Assembly (NCBI GenBank): GCA_013239625.1
Contig: MU054187.1
Span: forward strand, 8,528,358 to 8,592,357
Source of the DNA: Lama guanicoe
Lineage: Eukaryota
DNA: 64,000 nt
Direction of reading: 5' to 3'
Made by a program: the position numbers and the translations under genes. The notes under the pieces were generated by a model that saw only the letters and a program-made list of their open reading frames with translations, made no database searches and was not told where the DNA came from. Positions 24,223 through 38,069 of this stretch are shown in pieces. Each line of letters opens with the position of its first letter. Position 1 is the stretch's first letter.

Positions 24223-26889
24223 CTACCAGTTGTCCGATTAGTTAAAGCTCACTGCATTAAACATCACAGTGTCTTGATTTTGTTAATATCAACTCTCTTT
24301 GGTGTGATAGTCAGAAATATGTTTTTTTAAACTATTTTTACTATGTTAGATCTGTTCATTCACAAAAGCAATTTATGATCATTATAAAGCCAAATAATAT
24401 ACAAACTTACACAAAAATTAAGAATCCTTTCTTCTTGCAAATCAACCCTCTCTCTCTCATGCCTTCTGTGTTTATACTTTAGACATTTCTCATTATTTGC
24501 AAAATAGTACATAACATGTTCTTCACTATGGGGGATTTGAAGAAACAGAGATGAGGTCCTTGCCTTCTGAGGGCTGAGAATTTGATAACAATGTAGGTTT
24601 TCAGGGGTTGAACTCTGTCCGTGTTATCTAGGTTATGATGGCCCTCAATTTTCCCCGTAAATAGAACAAAGGAATTGAACTAGATAATTTTACTGCCCCT
24701 TCCAGCTTTAACATTCTAGCACTGTTTTGTTCTATTCTGATTTTTTCCAAAACTTCTGGTTTCATTAGTTTAGTGCTTTAAGCCTTTTCTGAAATATTTT
24801 GTGGAATGTGGACGTGTTCAGCGTAAATGAGTATTGTGTTGAGTTGAAACCTAGTCAAACCCATTGTGCAATGATAAGGGGGTGAACTTGCCCTGCCCCA
24901 TTCCTTCACCTAACTGCACACCCTGATCACCATCTCCTGTGTATACGGCCTAGTTTGGTCACATTTCCTGCTCTATAACATACACCAACTCTTTAAAAAT
25001 TATGTTAAAAATTAAGAAATTATCATTTGGTGATTTAATTTGAGCATTGGAATTTGAATATGTGTGTTTACTATAAAATCTATAAATACTCATGTCTTTC
25101 CAACATAGCTTCATATTTTCTGCATAATACTCTGCCATCTACATGGGGTTGCTGAGTGAGGACTGCCAAGAAGGTTTTCAAATCAATATCTGAGCCTCCA
25201 CCTTGAGAAATCAGGAAAAGGGCACATTAACTCAAAACAACCAGAATAAAAGCAGAAATAAATAAAACTTGGTCTTAGTTGTATTTGTGGTGAATGAACC
25301 AGCAAAACAGAGTGTCTGAAAAAAGTTCAGTAGTCTAGCGCTGTGGACAAGGCTAGAATCCACGAACCAAGCTGCAAAGATCTCGAGCGAAGTAAGGCAG
25401 AAGGATTTGGAGAAGTGAAACATTCTTCCATAGAGGAGGGTGGGGCCTTTCTTTGTTCTCTGTTTTTCTCTTATCAGACTTGGATAGGTTTTCTTCAGTC
25501 TGGAGTGGTCTTTCCTGGGTAGGACTCAGTGATGCCAGCACTTCTAATGTTCCTTCCAGGTAGACCAGCAATTAAATAGTGAAGATAAAAGGCCTTCTTA
25601 AGTGTGCAGCATAAACTTTGCATGTAAACAAAGTGGAGTAATTACTTTTGAAAATTATTAGACTCGCTGTAGATGCCTCTTAGGCATCTCTTAGAATTCC
25701 AGAGGTGTTAAATATTTATTAGTAGTACATTCCCTGACTGAGCCAAGAGGAGAATTTTTTCCAACTTGTGCTCATCATGGTAATACGTCAGATGAAAATT
25801 ATACATCATGTTCTTTAATGAGAAAACAATCATGCTGCTGTAAAAACCAAAAAAACTCACAGTTTTCTTCTTTTCCTAGGATCTCTGTGAAGCAATCTGT
25901 TTAATAAAACAAGTACACACACGCACACACACACATGTACACACGTACACAATCATCTTTCACTGCTATAGATCAAGTCTAGCCATGCTTGGAGACTGCG
26001 ATCTACTAAGCTGTTCTGTCTTTTGTCTTCCTTACCCAAGAATTTGACTCAAGTGAGGTACTCTCATAATCCCCAAATCCCTAATGATCATAAAAGCCTT
26101 AGAAGCTTAAAAACCTTAAGAACTTTAAATCCTTAAAAATATTAAAAAGAGAAAATTGTCATTTTTCCAACTCTTTACCTTGCTGGTTTAAATCTGCACC
26201 GAGGTATGTAACATTTTACCAATAAAAGATAATTGCATTCATCTAAGAGAATAATGACCTGTGATACGTTGTGTGTGCTTTGGGGATAGGCCAAACATCC
26301 CACTTCACTGCTCATTAACATGGTTGTATGAATAGACTTCATCAGTTTTCCCTCCTGTGTTATTAATGCATTTGGAGAGTAAGCCTCTTCAGGACCAAGA
26401 AGTCACTGAAGCTTCTTTGATAAGAGGGACGGTGGAAAGGTAGGACATGACTGAGTTACACCTGGGAGGGCTAGGCCTGCGTAGAGCTACCGTAAAGGAG
26501 CTCGACTAGCCAGGGGCCGTTGCTGGCACTGGGCATCTCGGCGGGTGAGAAATCAGACGTTAAGTGGGGGTCATGAAGAAGGAGGGCAATGGTGACAAAT
26601 TCTGCTTTTGTCACAGTTTTTCATAAAACTAATGCTGAAGATTAACGTCTGAATTGAGGTTTTTATTATATTAGAATGAAGATATATTATGCCAAATATT
26701 TAGAATATTTACTATTCTCAGGATGCCAAATGTTACTTTCTTTGAGATTATTTTTAGTGACAAAGTTTGCATCTTTTGAAATCACGATACATCACTCAAA
26801 TGCCTGACAATTAACTTGGAGACCTCAATCCCATTAGAAGATTGGAAACGTTATTGAGACTTTTGCAAATGAAAAACTGCACTGTAATT

Positions 26890-28630
26890 TTTCAAGGGCA
26901 GAACAAAAAGATTCTTTCATCTTCTCTCTTTTGAAGACACCTTTTTCCTTAGACCTCAAGTTAGTTCATTGTCCTGTGACCTCAGCTCTCTAATATGTTA
27001 GAAGGAAAAGGTTAGAAGTTTAGGTTATTGGTCTTTTTCTTGTTGTAAGGACCAGAATGACACTCTTTTCAGACTTCTACATCCAAAGTGGAAGCCAAGT
27101 CTTGCTTTCATTTTTGAAAGACATTTTTGATGAGTATGCCGTTCTAGGTTACAGGGTTTCGATTCGTCATACTTTTACAATTTTGATTAACAGTCTTCAG
27201 GCCTGCATGGTTTCTAATGTAAATTCCGCTGTCATTCTGTCCTTTTGTTAATAATGTATCCTTTTTTTTTCTGGGTGCTTTTTAGATTTTCTCTTTATCA
27301 CTGATTCTCGACAGTTTAAGGATGACATATTTTTGTGTAGTTTTCTTCATCTTTTATTTTGTTTGTTTGGCCTTTGTTGAATTTCTTAGATTCTGAGTTT
27401 ATAATTTTCATCAAATTTTGAAAATTATCTACCCTTATTTGTGTATTTTTTTCCATTTCCCTTTCTGCTCTTCTTTTGTGATTCTAATTACCTGTATACT
27501 AATCATTTGGCATTTTTCACAGGTCTCAAATGTTCTTGTTTTCCCTGTTGATTTTTTTCAGCCATATCTTTTAAAATCCCATTTTGTATAGCTTCCATTT
27601 CTGTCCTCTAGTTCACAAACCATCTCTTGTGCAGTGTCTAGTCTGCTCTTAATCTCAGTCAGTGAATTTTTGATTTCACATTATTTTTAACTCTGAAAGC
27701 CTCGTTTGTATATTCCATTTCTCTTCTTTTCATGCTCATGATTTCCTTTTTTTAACTATATGGGGTATATCCGAGATACTGGATTTAACACTATCTGAGA
27801 GTGTTAAATAGTCTGATAATTTTCTCAACCTGCTATTTCTGGGTCTGCTTATATTGATTGATTTATCTCCTGGGTTTGAATTCTATTTTTCTGCTCATTT
27901 GCATGAACAGGGTTTCTTTTATTAGATGCTCGGCATTGTAAATTGTATAATTTATATTTCTAAATATTATTGGCCTTTGTTCTAGGGCATAGTTAAGTTG
28001 TTTGGAATCAGTTTCAAGGCTTCGAATGTCTTTCTTGTCTTTCAAGGCTTGTTTTTAAGCTTTTCTGGGGCATATTCAGAGCCCACTTCTGAGGCAAAAT
28101 CCTTCTAGATATTACTTGATTCTTCTTATATTTGGAAGCCTTTCTACTCTGAAGTTAACCCATGTTAACTCCAAACATTGTCACGCTTGTTTTCTTTCTT
28201 CTTCATACTTCTTTCCCCAGCGTCTGGTACCTTCGTGCCGTGGGTGTGCAGACCAGCACTTAGTCACACACTCAGCAGGAACCCTCTGCAGATCTCCGGA
28301 GCTGCCTGATGCAATTCATTTCCTTTGGTTCCCCCCCACCCCCCAAATTCTAGCCATCTGGGCCTTCCTGAACTTCCGACTCTGTCTCCTCTACTCAGCC
28401 AGGCCTCTGGGCTTTGGTTTCCCTTTGCACTGAGGCCTTGGATGTGTCTGTGGGACGTTAGCTTGGACAACTTTAGGTTTCATCTTATTTGTTTTCTCTC
28501 CTCAGGAATCACTGTTTGGGGCTGTTACCAATTATCTGAAAATTGTTGTTTCATGCATTTCGCCTCCTTAGGTAGTTGTTTAAGGTGTGAGGGCAAATCT
28601 AGTCCCTGTTAGTGCATCATGGCCAGAAGT
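26890..28630 (-). mobile_element. Old L1 (L1MC/MD-type) 5'UTR and ORF1 remnants, probably two fragments
   Basis: T-rich antisense ORF1 landmarks (ttttcatcaaattttgaaaattatc, gtgtctagtctgctcttaatctcagtcagtgaatttt) and a 5' end agtccctgttagtgcatcatggccagaagt. Confidence 0.8.
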
Positions 28631-29599
28631 TTGTCTCCCAGAGCCTGTTGTATGTTATACTGCAATTCAGAAACTTAGTTTAATCCAAACATCTGCCTTC
28701 TTTACTTCTATTTCTGAGGTGCTGGGGGGCTGCTTGGGAAAAAAAGCACATAAATGTGAGCAATGATGACATTATATTTTTATGGTTCTCAGTTTCAGCT
28801 GCCTTCTCAGCACCGTCTCCCATTGCAGCTATTTCAGATGCTTGCCAACCTCTTCAAGTCCCCAATTCCAACATCTAGAATCTTTCTCTAAGCAAATTAA
28901 CCTCTTTTATATGTTACAGAGGAGATTACGGCTTTCTTAATGGAAATTCCTCAAATCTCCCATCAATGCCTAAAAGCACATCTATTTCTACTTCTATTTT
29001 TCTTCTAATCTTTTAGGGGGATGTGCTCTTTGCCTGTTCAAACCAGATCCTTCCTCTGTGCTCATTGTGTATTTCCTTTTACTCTTTTCTGTGATTTTGA
29101 TCCTAGATTGCTTCTTTTTTTACTACATTTTGCCTGTTATTGTAACTTTATTATTTTATTTGACGATACGATCATTGCAAAAGATGAAAACTCAGCGGAA
29201 GAGTAAAAGCCATTCTCCACACACTGAAAATTAATAATTGGCTCTAAAAGTCAACTGTTGTGGTGAGGTCTCGAGTTGTTTCCCTGGTCAGTTACAGACT
29301 CTGCTGGAACAATCCTCCTTCATAAATCCTGGGATCCTTGTTTCCTGCCCCAGTCATGAGCCTAGTGTTACCCTCTCCTTGAGGTAATTTTATTTCAGGA
29401 GCTTTCCTGATACAGACCATGGTGAGGCAACTCTGATCCAGCTCAACAAGTCTAGGTACCGTCAGATCTCAGGAAGCGGATGTGAATTATGTGCAATTAA
29501 TGATTTAAGATACAACCATCTTGGTCTACCAGGAAATGATAACTTAATTGAATTTCATAAAGCTCCATATTTGCTTCAGAGACACTTATGTCATCCCCC

Positions 29600-30330
29600 A
29601 AATAAAAGTAGATTCCATTACAATTAAAAAATACATCATCTGCTATACTTATGTTAACTTTCAATTTACATAAGTGGGATTATAATTTATTTACTATTTC
29701 TCACGCAACCTACTTTCCTCTATTAGTATCATCTCATGTCATAGTTGAGAATAGTTGATTTAATCTCTTTAATGTTTGCAGAACTCTCTCATCGATTTAA
29801 ATGTAAGACTGTCTTAACATCACTGAAGGAAACATCCTTGTACATACACCTTTGAACTGTTATTTCCTGAAGAAATTATTAGACATGAAATCTCTTGACC
29901 AAAATGTGTGAACATTTAAAATTTAGTTTTATTGCCAAATTATCTCCAGAAAACTGTGCCAACTTATACTCACACCAGTAATGCAGATTACTTCATAATT
30001 TCCCATATTTTCATCATGACTAGGCACTGTTGTCTTTCAATCTTTTTAGATCTGATAGGGAAGACAAGGTATCTCATTGTTTTTATTCTGCACATCTTTG
30101 ATTAATGGTAAGGTTGAGTGTTTATCACCCATTTACGTTTCTTCTTGTATGAATTTCTTGTTCATGATTCTTTCTCATTTTTCTGATAAGATGATTCACT
30201 TTTTTAGTACATGGTTAAATTTTATAGCAATTCTTGTATATAGAATCAAGCCTATTATTTAAATCATCTGTATGTATATCTATTTGTTGATTTTATGATC
30301 TACCAAATTCTACAATAGTTTTTAAAAGTT
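29600..30330 (-). mobile_element. Ancient L1 (L1ME-type) 3' fragment
   Basis: aaacatccttgtacatac, ttgccaaattatctccagaaaactgtgccaacttatactcacaccag and ggtatctcattgtttttatt. Confidence 0.85.
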
Positions 30331-30759
30331 TTAAAATAAAACCCCCATGGTTTTATTTAATTCTCCTTATATTTTTAACACCTTTTGCTTTAGGTCTTAA
30401 AATGCAAATGTTATTGGATATACCAAAGTTAATGACTTTTTTATGCTTCTGATGGATTTTAATTCCTTGCCTTAGTAGTTACTACTTAGCTGTTAAAGAT
30501 TTGTTCCAAAAAGAGTTACATTTTGCAGTTTGTCTTCAGAGGTTAGGGCTTTTAAAAAATTTAGCTTATGTAAAGTCTTTTTTCTTTATTTTTCTTCTTT
30601 TCTTTAATTTTCTTTGCTGTCATAAAGGGAAGTTCTGTAAAGTGTGTACTCTTTCTTGGGTTTCTCTGTTTTCCATTTCAACCTCCCATTCTTAAAAAGT
30701 TCCTTCTAATAATCCTGCTAAAATTAATTTTAACTAAGCAACAATAGCAAACAAACTCA

Positions 30760-31310
30760 TGTGAACCAACAAATAATTCCCCTCCTCAATTCCTTGTTTA
30801 ATTGAACACTCTTCTAGTTCTTACTTTACACATTTCTTTGTCTCTTCATAGTTAAGTTACACAGAAGATAGTCTTTAAGTCCACCAGTTCCTCACACTCA
30901 TCTTTCTTCTGTACTTCTCTTTAAAATCTAGAGTCCTGCCTCACTTTGCTATAAAATTTCTTCAGATAAAAGTCACCAGTTGTATCTAAATTGCCACACC
31001 CAGTCCATGCTTGTTAGGTATCATATTTGAACTCTCCTGCTCTTAAAACCACTTAACTGTCATGTGGAAACACTTCGCCTTGATTTTTACAACATATTCA
31101 CTTCTTGAGCTCCTTTATGATTTTTGCTTCCTCTGTATCTTCTTTATACATACAAGTTATCTGCATTCAGATCTTCGGTATCTACCCATATGTGGATCAT
31201 CTTGCAGCCGCAAACTCCAGAAACGTAGAATGCAGAATAGCGTATGTGGGTATTCCAAAAGAATCTACGAGAACACATGCAAAACTGAATTCATTGTCTT
31301 CCTTCAACTG
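30760..31310 (+). mobile_element. LINE-2 internal fragment
   Basis: aaagtcaccagt...ctaaattgcca, aaactccagaaacgta and aacacatgcaaaactgaattcattgtcttcc match the L2 RT region. Confidence 0.65.
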
Positions 31311-32862
31311 TTTTGGAGTCAGATTTCTAAATAGCACCTGAAAGCCTTGTTAAGATTCTTGGATTCTAAATTGGTTTCCTTCTACTAGAGCAGTGATTTT
31401 CAAATGAGGGACTGGAGGATCTGGAAGTCTATATATAGTCTGTCAGACTCTTAAGAAAATCATACCTTCAGGTTAGATCTCTCTTCTGGAATGTCTTGTT
31501 CATTTGTGGGAACAGGTAAAAATGAGGGGAACTGATGTCTTGAATAGTGAATCCTTGAAGGCAGGGACTGAGTGTTACTCACCTTTTGAAACTAGCATAC
31601 TTCCTGGAGCATGTTAAGTAGCCAGTATATGATTATTAAATTAACTTGAACTCACTTTTAATTGAGCCTCACTTACATTTTGAGATTTGGTTGCATGGTA
31701 GAAGGAATAGACTGACATTATCATGGATAATCCTAACTCTAAACTGTAGAAAAGCAAATGTTTTCTGTAAAATTGAAATTTGTATGCTAAATTGGATGAC
31801 TTTAGGACAAAAATGTTGAAATCTAAAAAAGTCAGAGTTTCCATTACTTTATATAATTGTACTTTGTCAAAGAATCAAATTTATTGGCACATTTAACTTG
31901 TAGATATGTTAACTTTATTATTTGGCATGCAAAAATATGTCATGTTTTTGACCCTAGTGTTTCTGCTTCCTCTTTAAACACTGTTGATTCTTTTATTGAA
32001 TGCCCTAAAAGGTTCTGCCAGTTTTAAACCCAGGAGGCTGGTACCCCATCTGTTTAACTGGAAACCATCTAATCCAAACAGACACTTCTCTTCTTAGGAG
32101 GTATTTCCAATGCTCTGTGAAACCAAAACTTTCCATTCTGTGATGCATATATATCTCTCGATCTGACAACGTGTTGAACACATTGAGGTAAATGCCCAGA
32201 TGTCCTTGCCACCATGGAGTTTGGCTAAATTCTGGACAAGCCCCAACAATAGAATTCTAGAAAAGAGCAAGTTACAAAGAAAGAGGCTATCTGGGAATTT
32301 AATTTGATCTAAATCCACAGCCTCATTCCCATGTTGCTGTGAAGCTAAAGGGACTCTTATGAGTTTAGATCAGACATAGCCCAGCCTATAATTTAAGAAT
32401 AACCTAGGCTTGTCCTAGAGCCATGGGCTCTTAAATCTAGTATTCATAACCAAGAGTGAACCTGCAGAATGCTGTGGAACCGGACTGATTTTTCAGAGTT
32501 GCGGTTCCATTGGTTAGTCTCCTGGTCATGTAAAACTTTCTAGGGAATTTCCACTTTCAGATTCAGGGTGCTTACCCACTAATATTTACATAGATTGCCA
32601 AACATTATCTGCTTTTTGTAGAGGTCATGATTATTACATTTAATACTTCTATTTTTTTCTTCTTTTAATAGATTACCTCTGGTACCTAACATTGATTCAT
32701 AAATTCTAGACTGAATATTATGTGCCAAATTATGTGATGGCTGAATTCTACTCATCTGGTTCCTTTAAAAGTCCACTGCTACTTAATTCAGTTCCTTAAT
32801 TTGTGATTTGCTACTGGAGAAGAGAACAGTGTCATTGCTAGTTTCACAAAAATATGACTTTT

Positions 32863-33031
32863 AAAATTTTTTATTTTATTTATTCATTTTTTAATCAGTA
32901 CTTTTTTTTGGTGGGGGAAGGTAATTAGGTTTTTATTTAATTTATTTTATTTTAATAGAGGTACTGGGGATTGAACCTAGGACCTCATGCATGCTAGGGA
33001 CGTGCTCCATCACTGAGCTGTACCATCCCCC
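32863..33031 (-). mobile_element. tRNA-derived SINE, camelid Vic-1 type, with 13-bp TSD
   Basis: Minus strand reads GGGGGATGGTACAGCTCAGTGATGGAGCACG...GAGGTCCTAGGTTCAATCCCCAGTACCTC (Pol III A and B boxes), then A-rich segments around CCTAATTACCTTCCCCC. TSD aaatatgactttt at 32850-32862 and 33032-33044. Confidence 0.92.
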
Positions 33032-34262
33032 AAATATGACTTTTTATTGTTGTTGTTGAAGCATGCTTGTTTCCTATCCATTTTTATTGCTTCCTAGTAT
33101 TATGTTTTCTTTGCCAGAGAATCACTTGTTTGTATAAATGGAAAGAGTCCAAAAATAATTGCCTAATGCTTTTCTCCTTTGCTTTTCTTAATATACTTTA
33201 TATCCTTTCCATTCTTCTACAGTCTTCAATTTATGCAATTCTACCGTCTTTGGTCTTAATGCTTGTTTCAGCCAGTACTTCACTTAGTTCTTTTCCTAAA
33301 TATTGTCCCCTTAAAAATTATTTTTCAAATGCCTTGATTTTCACTTTTCTTCTCCAGGTCTCCTTTTCTGTGACACATTTATTGTTTCTATATGGTCTTC
33401 AATTTTTTGATTATTGAATGGTACACAATAGATTCCTTGGAGTCCAACTTAGTTTTTTATTTTTAAAAACACTTATTTTAATAAGTAAGATCTATAACTT
33501 TCCAGCTTTTACTGGTTTTTTTTCTTCCTTGGATTCAAGTATAACCTGAATGTCACATTAGTTTAGGTAATTTGCTTTACCATCTGGAATTCCCAAACTT
33601 GTGGACAAGGTGAGGAGTCTGTGTGAATAACCAAGGTGAAGAGAAATACCAGATTCACCAAGACACAAGCACTAGAGTATTTCTGAATAGAAGTGGGCAG
33701 TTTGTGTAGACCCACATCTCCCCACCCCACCACTGAAATCCCAGAATTTGCTATTCTGATCAAATAGGCTCTCAAACATTTGACTGTCCACCATGGATTA
33801 TGCCTAAAAACCCAAGCTGCTCTTCTGTCTTTTTTTGTGTGTGGGGGGGGTCCAGTTCTCATGACACCATCACTTTCAAAATAGACTTCCTAACCAACTT
33901 TGGTAGATTTTATCAGTGATGAAATTCAACTTTATTAGATGGCAAATAACCTACAGGATAAAGGAATTGGGAAGAATGAAGCATGAGCGGTAGGATGCTA
34001 ACAAGACTATCTCCCTCCCCCTCCCCCAGCTCTCCCTAGCACACAGACATGCATGCAGCCAAAAACAATCAAGCTGACTTACTTATTCACCTTTTTCAAT
34101 AATGGGACACCTTTATTTGCCCAACGCTATTGATGCACTGGGCACACATTGATAAATATAACCTATGGTTATTATTTAGATGTCTGTATCCAGATTTTCC
34201 TTTAAACTTGTAAAAACGTTCACCAACATGATTTGTAATATTGCATCTTATCCATCATGACA

Positions 34263-34263
<1 letters not shown>

Positions 34264-34314
<51 letters not shown>

Positions 34315-34315
34315 A
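34264..34315. repeat. (TAAA)13 microsatellite
   Basis: Perfect tetranucleotide run. Confidence 0.98.
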
Positions 34316-34859
34316 ATGAATAGTGAAAAAATAGGAATCTTGTCTGGAAAGCAAATCCAATTTTTTTAGTTTAATAAAACTACTAAAATATAATTTAATA
34401 TTGAAAATGAGTAAAAGAATCCAGCATTGTCCTTGGTATACAAAAAGCAGTCAATAAATATCTTTTTTCCTATTACTGTGTTTAACATGAAACCTGAACT
34501 TTTTTAAAGTCAATAAGTTGGAAACTGTATTTCGTTATTCATTAAAGGATTAATCTTCTCTTTTTTACTAAGATATTTAAAAATCCTAATTATAGGAAAG
34601 GAATTAAGACTTACTGAGTTTAATGCCTACTTGTTTTACTAAAATAGTCCTATGTGGGTGTACAAGTTTTGAAAGTTTGGAACTGCACAGCATAGTTTGA
34701 AGCAGCTGACATCTTGAATAACTGTATGTCAGAGGTTTGGATGAGATTGTAATTCACAAGGAAAGATACATAGACAAATATTCTTATTTTGTGAACCCCT
34801 AAACCTCACATCATCTTTAAATTATCTATTCTGCATTTAAAATATTTTATCATATAAGA

Positions 34860-35115
34860 AAATGGCCTTATATGACCCCCTCCAATTTTCTGAATGCTTG
34901 TCTGTGCTTCCACACACCTGAGTATTGTTTTTAAGGCACTTACCACATTCTTTTAATTGTATATTGGTATCATTATTAGATTAATATCTGATTTCCCCAT
35001 CAGACGACAAACTCAGGGCAAGAACCAAATTGTCTTTTAATCATTGTCGATCTCAGAGTCTATCACAATACATGACATCTACTAGGTTTTATATCAATAC
35101 TTAATGAATGACTGA
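34860..35115 (+). mobile_element. LINE-2 3' end
   Basis: ttccccatcagac...ctcagggcaagaacc...tcaatacttaatgaatgactgaa. Confidence 0.7.
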
Positions 35116-35271
35116 ACTTTATAGGTCTTATTTTCTATAGCATGCATCAGACATAAAATGCAGATGGCTAATAATTCTACAAACCAAGGATTTCTTTAGG
35201 TGCCTCTCACTGGGGGAGTTATGGGCAGAACTAAGATCTTCTGTTACCAAATTCCACACACTTCAATCCCT

Positions 35272-35405
35272 AATCATTTAATCATTCATTCAGCAACTTT
35301 TTTTTTTTTTTTGAGTGCTGGTCACATGCCACACACTGTCTTTGAAGCTGGGGTAGTCAGGGAACAAAAGATAGCTGCCTGACTTTGAGGCACTTACATT
35401 CTGTG
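35272..35405 (-). mobile_element. LINE-2 3' end
   Basis: tcattcattcagcaac...ttgagtgct...tgccacacactg...gcacttacattct. Confidence 0.75.
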
Positions 35406-36407
35406 GACATCAAGATTTTATGGACCAATGCCTCTAAACACCAAGACATAGCAAGACTTCATTATAAGGTCTAAGTATCTCTTAGGTGCCTTAGTTTTAA
35501 GAAGGCTTGTTGCCCAGAATCAGTATTTACACTACCACTGGCCCCTAACGCTCCCCCCGAGCTTCGCCAACCCCTCCTCATCCCCCAGTTAGACCAGACC
35601 AGAGGAAGGAGCCCCACACTTTACATACCATCTCAGGACTTGTGGTTTGGGAAACAATCCTTCAGTATAAGGATTTTTCTGCAGACTTATTCAGTGCTCT
35701 TTCAGACTTGGTTTCTGTTTTTTGTTCACTCAGAGGTAACTTCACTGCACCTCAGGCTACTGGCAGGAATAAGCATCACTTAAAAAGTAATTTAGGAAAT
35801 GTGTGCTTCCTCTAGGGTGCAAATAAAAGGAAAAGTTGTGGTAAATAGCTAATGTAAGCAAAAGATGCCTTGGGGGACCCCTACAAGTCACTTCTTTCAA
35901 ACCAGCAATAACTTCTGGTGCTATTGGTCCTGAGGCAGCAGCCGTCAACATTGTTTAAAAAAGCTCCCTTATGGTGTTCTCATTAATTAACTGCACTGTT
36001 TGTTGATTCTAGATTGATTCAGTTTGTTCTCTGGAGAGTGTGTTTGGAAACTCAGTAATGCCTTGATGCGGAATTTCATCTTCAGGCCCTGAATTCCCAG
36101 GATGGCGTTTTACTGGGACATATAGAAGATGAAGTGAAAAAGAGAACTTGTTAGATAAAAATGATAATCAAAATATTTTAAATTCAGATGTAATTTTTGA
36201 AGATTCTCCCCACAGAGCAAAAAAATTACCTGAAGCAAAGTTTGACTGACAGGCGGGTTTAACAAACACAGCAAGACAAATGGCATGCAAAACAGATAGG
36301 GAAGTATTTGTTGCTAATTACTTGAGAAAGCATTTTAATTAAGTTGTTTGCCAATTAATGCCTCACTTTTAACATTCCATAAATATTTAAGCATGTTTCA
36401 TAAACTT

Positions 36408-36555
36408 TCCTTCTTATGGAAACATTTGCAAATGTTATTATGAAGTTTCTTTGGGAACCTTATAAGAAAAAAAAAACAAAAAAAATCCTTCTTATGAAAC
36501 ATTTGCAAATGTTATTATGAAGTTTCTTTGGGAACCTTATAAGAAAAAAAAAAAC
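36408..36555 (+). repeat. Near-perfect tandem duplication, ~78-bp period
   Basis: tccttcttatg(g)aaacatttgcaaatgttattatgaagtttctttgggaaccttataag(a)n occurs at 36408-36476 and 36486-36555, differing by one indel and the A-run length. Confidence 0.97.
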
Positions 36556-38069
36556 GATACAGTTTAGAAGATTCTCCTTGCCATTTTCATAATAAATAGA
36601 TTGTTGTCTTTTTATCCTGGTAGCTTTTATACTTTAATATGCTCTGTCTGCATAAACTTTTCTTCCATGTTCTACCATGGAGAGTAAATAAATGCAAGTT
36701 ATATATTACTTTGATCTTCCATAAAAATTAAAAATAACATGAGGCATAGAGGATGGTATGTTTAATTTCAATCTTTTAGTCAAATGCAAGAAAGTGATTT
36801 GGGATGATATAAAGAAATTCAACACATAGCAATTGTTAATGTTTCAATCATCTTTAACCTAAAACCTCCAAAAACACAACTTACCCAATTAAACTAAAAA
36901 CAGAAGACAATATATACAAACAAAGCAGAAAGGTTTCTCTGTTACCAAGTTGGGGCTTAATGTGTAACATAAGCTATAGTGAACTTAACCAAAAAATACG
37001 TCAAGCATTTAGCTTCTTCCTTTTCTTGTTTACTTTTTCATTGGAACAGTTACGCTTACTTACGCTTGTTTGCCTACTTTAAATGGTTTGCGTGAAACTA
37101 GGGGATAACAATAGATTGTTTAAAATTTAGCCAGAAGGCTAAGGACACTCATACCTTCACCAGCACGTGGCACTTTCTGGATGTTCCTAACCAAAGCGTT
37201 AGTCATACAGCAAATCACCAGCAAGGAAGGTCTGGTCTACCTGGAACATAGCCATCAGCATGTTAGCTGATGGGCCTGCTGTGTGAGGTGTCAGGCAGAA
37301 GTGAAGGAAGGATCCCGCTCCACTGGTGTCTTTTATTCTATGGATATCAGAGGGGTTTTCCTAGTTGTGAGGCACTTGCTCCTTCAGGGCCATGGAAGGA
37401 AGTAGGATGGATCAAGGGAAGTGAGTGGGCTGAGTTGTGGAGCACCTACTAGGAAATTTCCGCTTGTGTGAGCACTCGGACAGGAGTATAGTGCTGAGGG
37501 GCCCACGGCAAGGACGTGCAGTCCACCTGTCCACCATCAATAGATCACTGTTCCAGCCCGAGGAAAGCCAAATTATGCCTGTCCCAAATGGGAGAGTGGA
37601 ACCGTGATAACAGACTATGGCACTGCAGGAACCCCACTATGCAGATTAGAGCAACTTGCCCTAGTTCAGTTAGTGCTGGACCGTGTAAGTCTTCTGGCGC
37701 TATCTAGGTGAAAACTAAAAGTGAAGGTGATTGTGAGCACCATCTCACGGAGATGATCACTTACAGGTGAAGGTTATCGTGCGTACCTCTTGTGACTTGG
37801 GAAGGAATCACACAATAGGAGTGAGTAAAGGAGTTATGGGACCGCTTTACTACTGCCACGCCCTACCAGAATTTCCGTTTGCTTTCTTGGTGGTGATGGA
37901 AGTAGGTCTTCGGAGTGATGTGGGTATTAACACTCTGCACTCATCTTAAAGGAGTTAAATAGCATTATCCTCTACTTTCTCTTTGCCTAGTGTCTAGACT
38001 TTAAGTATTTCTGTCATTCTGGACTTACGATTTTTGACTAGCACTTAATTAGAAGTCAGATTTCATCCA

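Noticed and set aside
32955..33031. tRNA-like sequence with A and B boxes
   Set aside because: It is the head of a SINE with an A-rich tail and TSD, and the acceptor stem is not intact, so it is not a tRNA gene.
36408..36555. Palindrome-containing direct repeats as a CRISPR-like array
   Set aside because: Only two units, no unique spacers, and a eukaryotic context.
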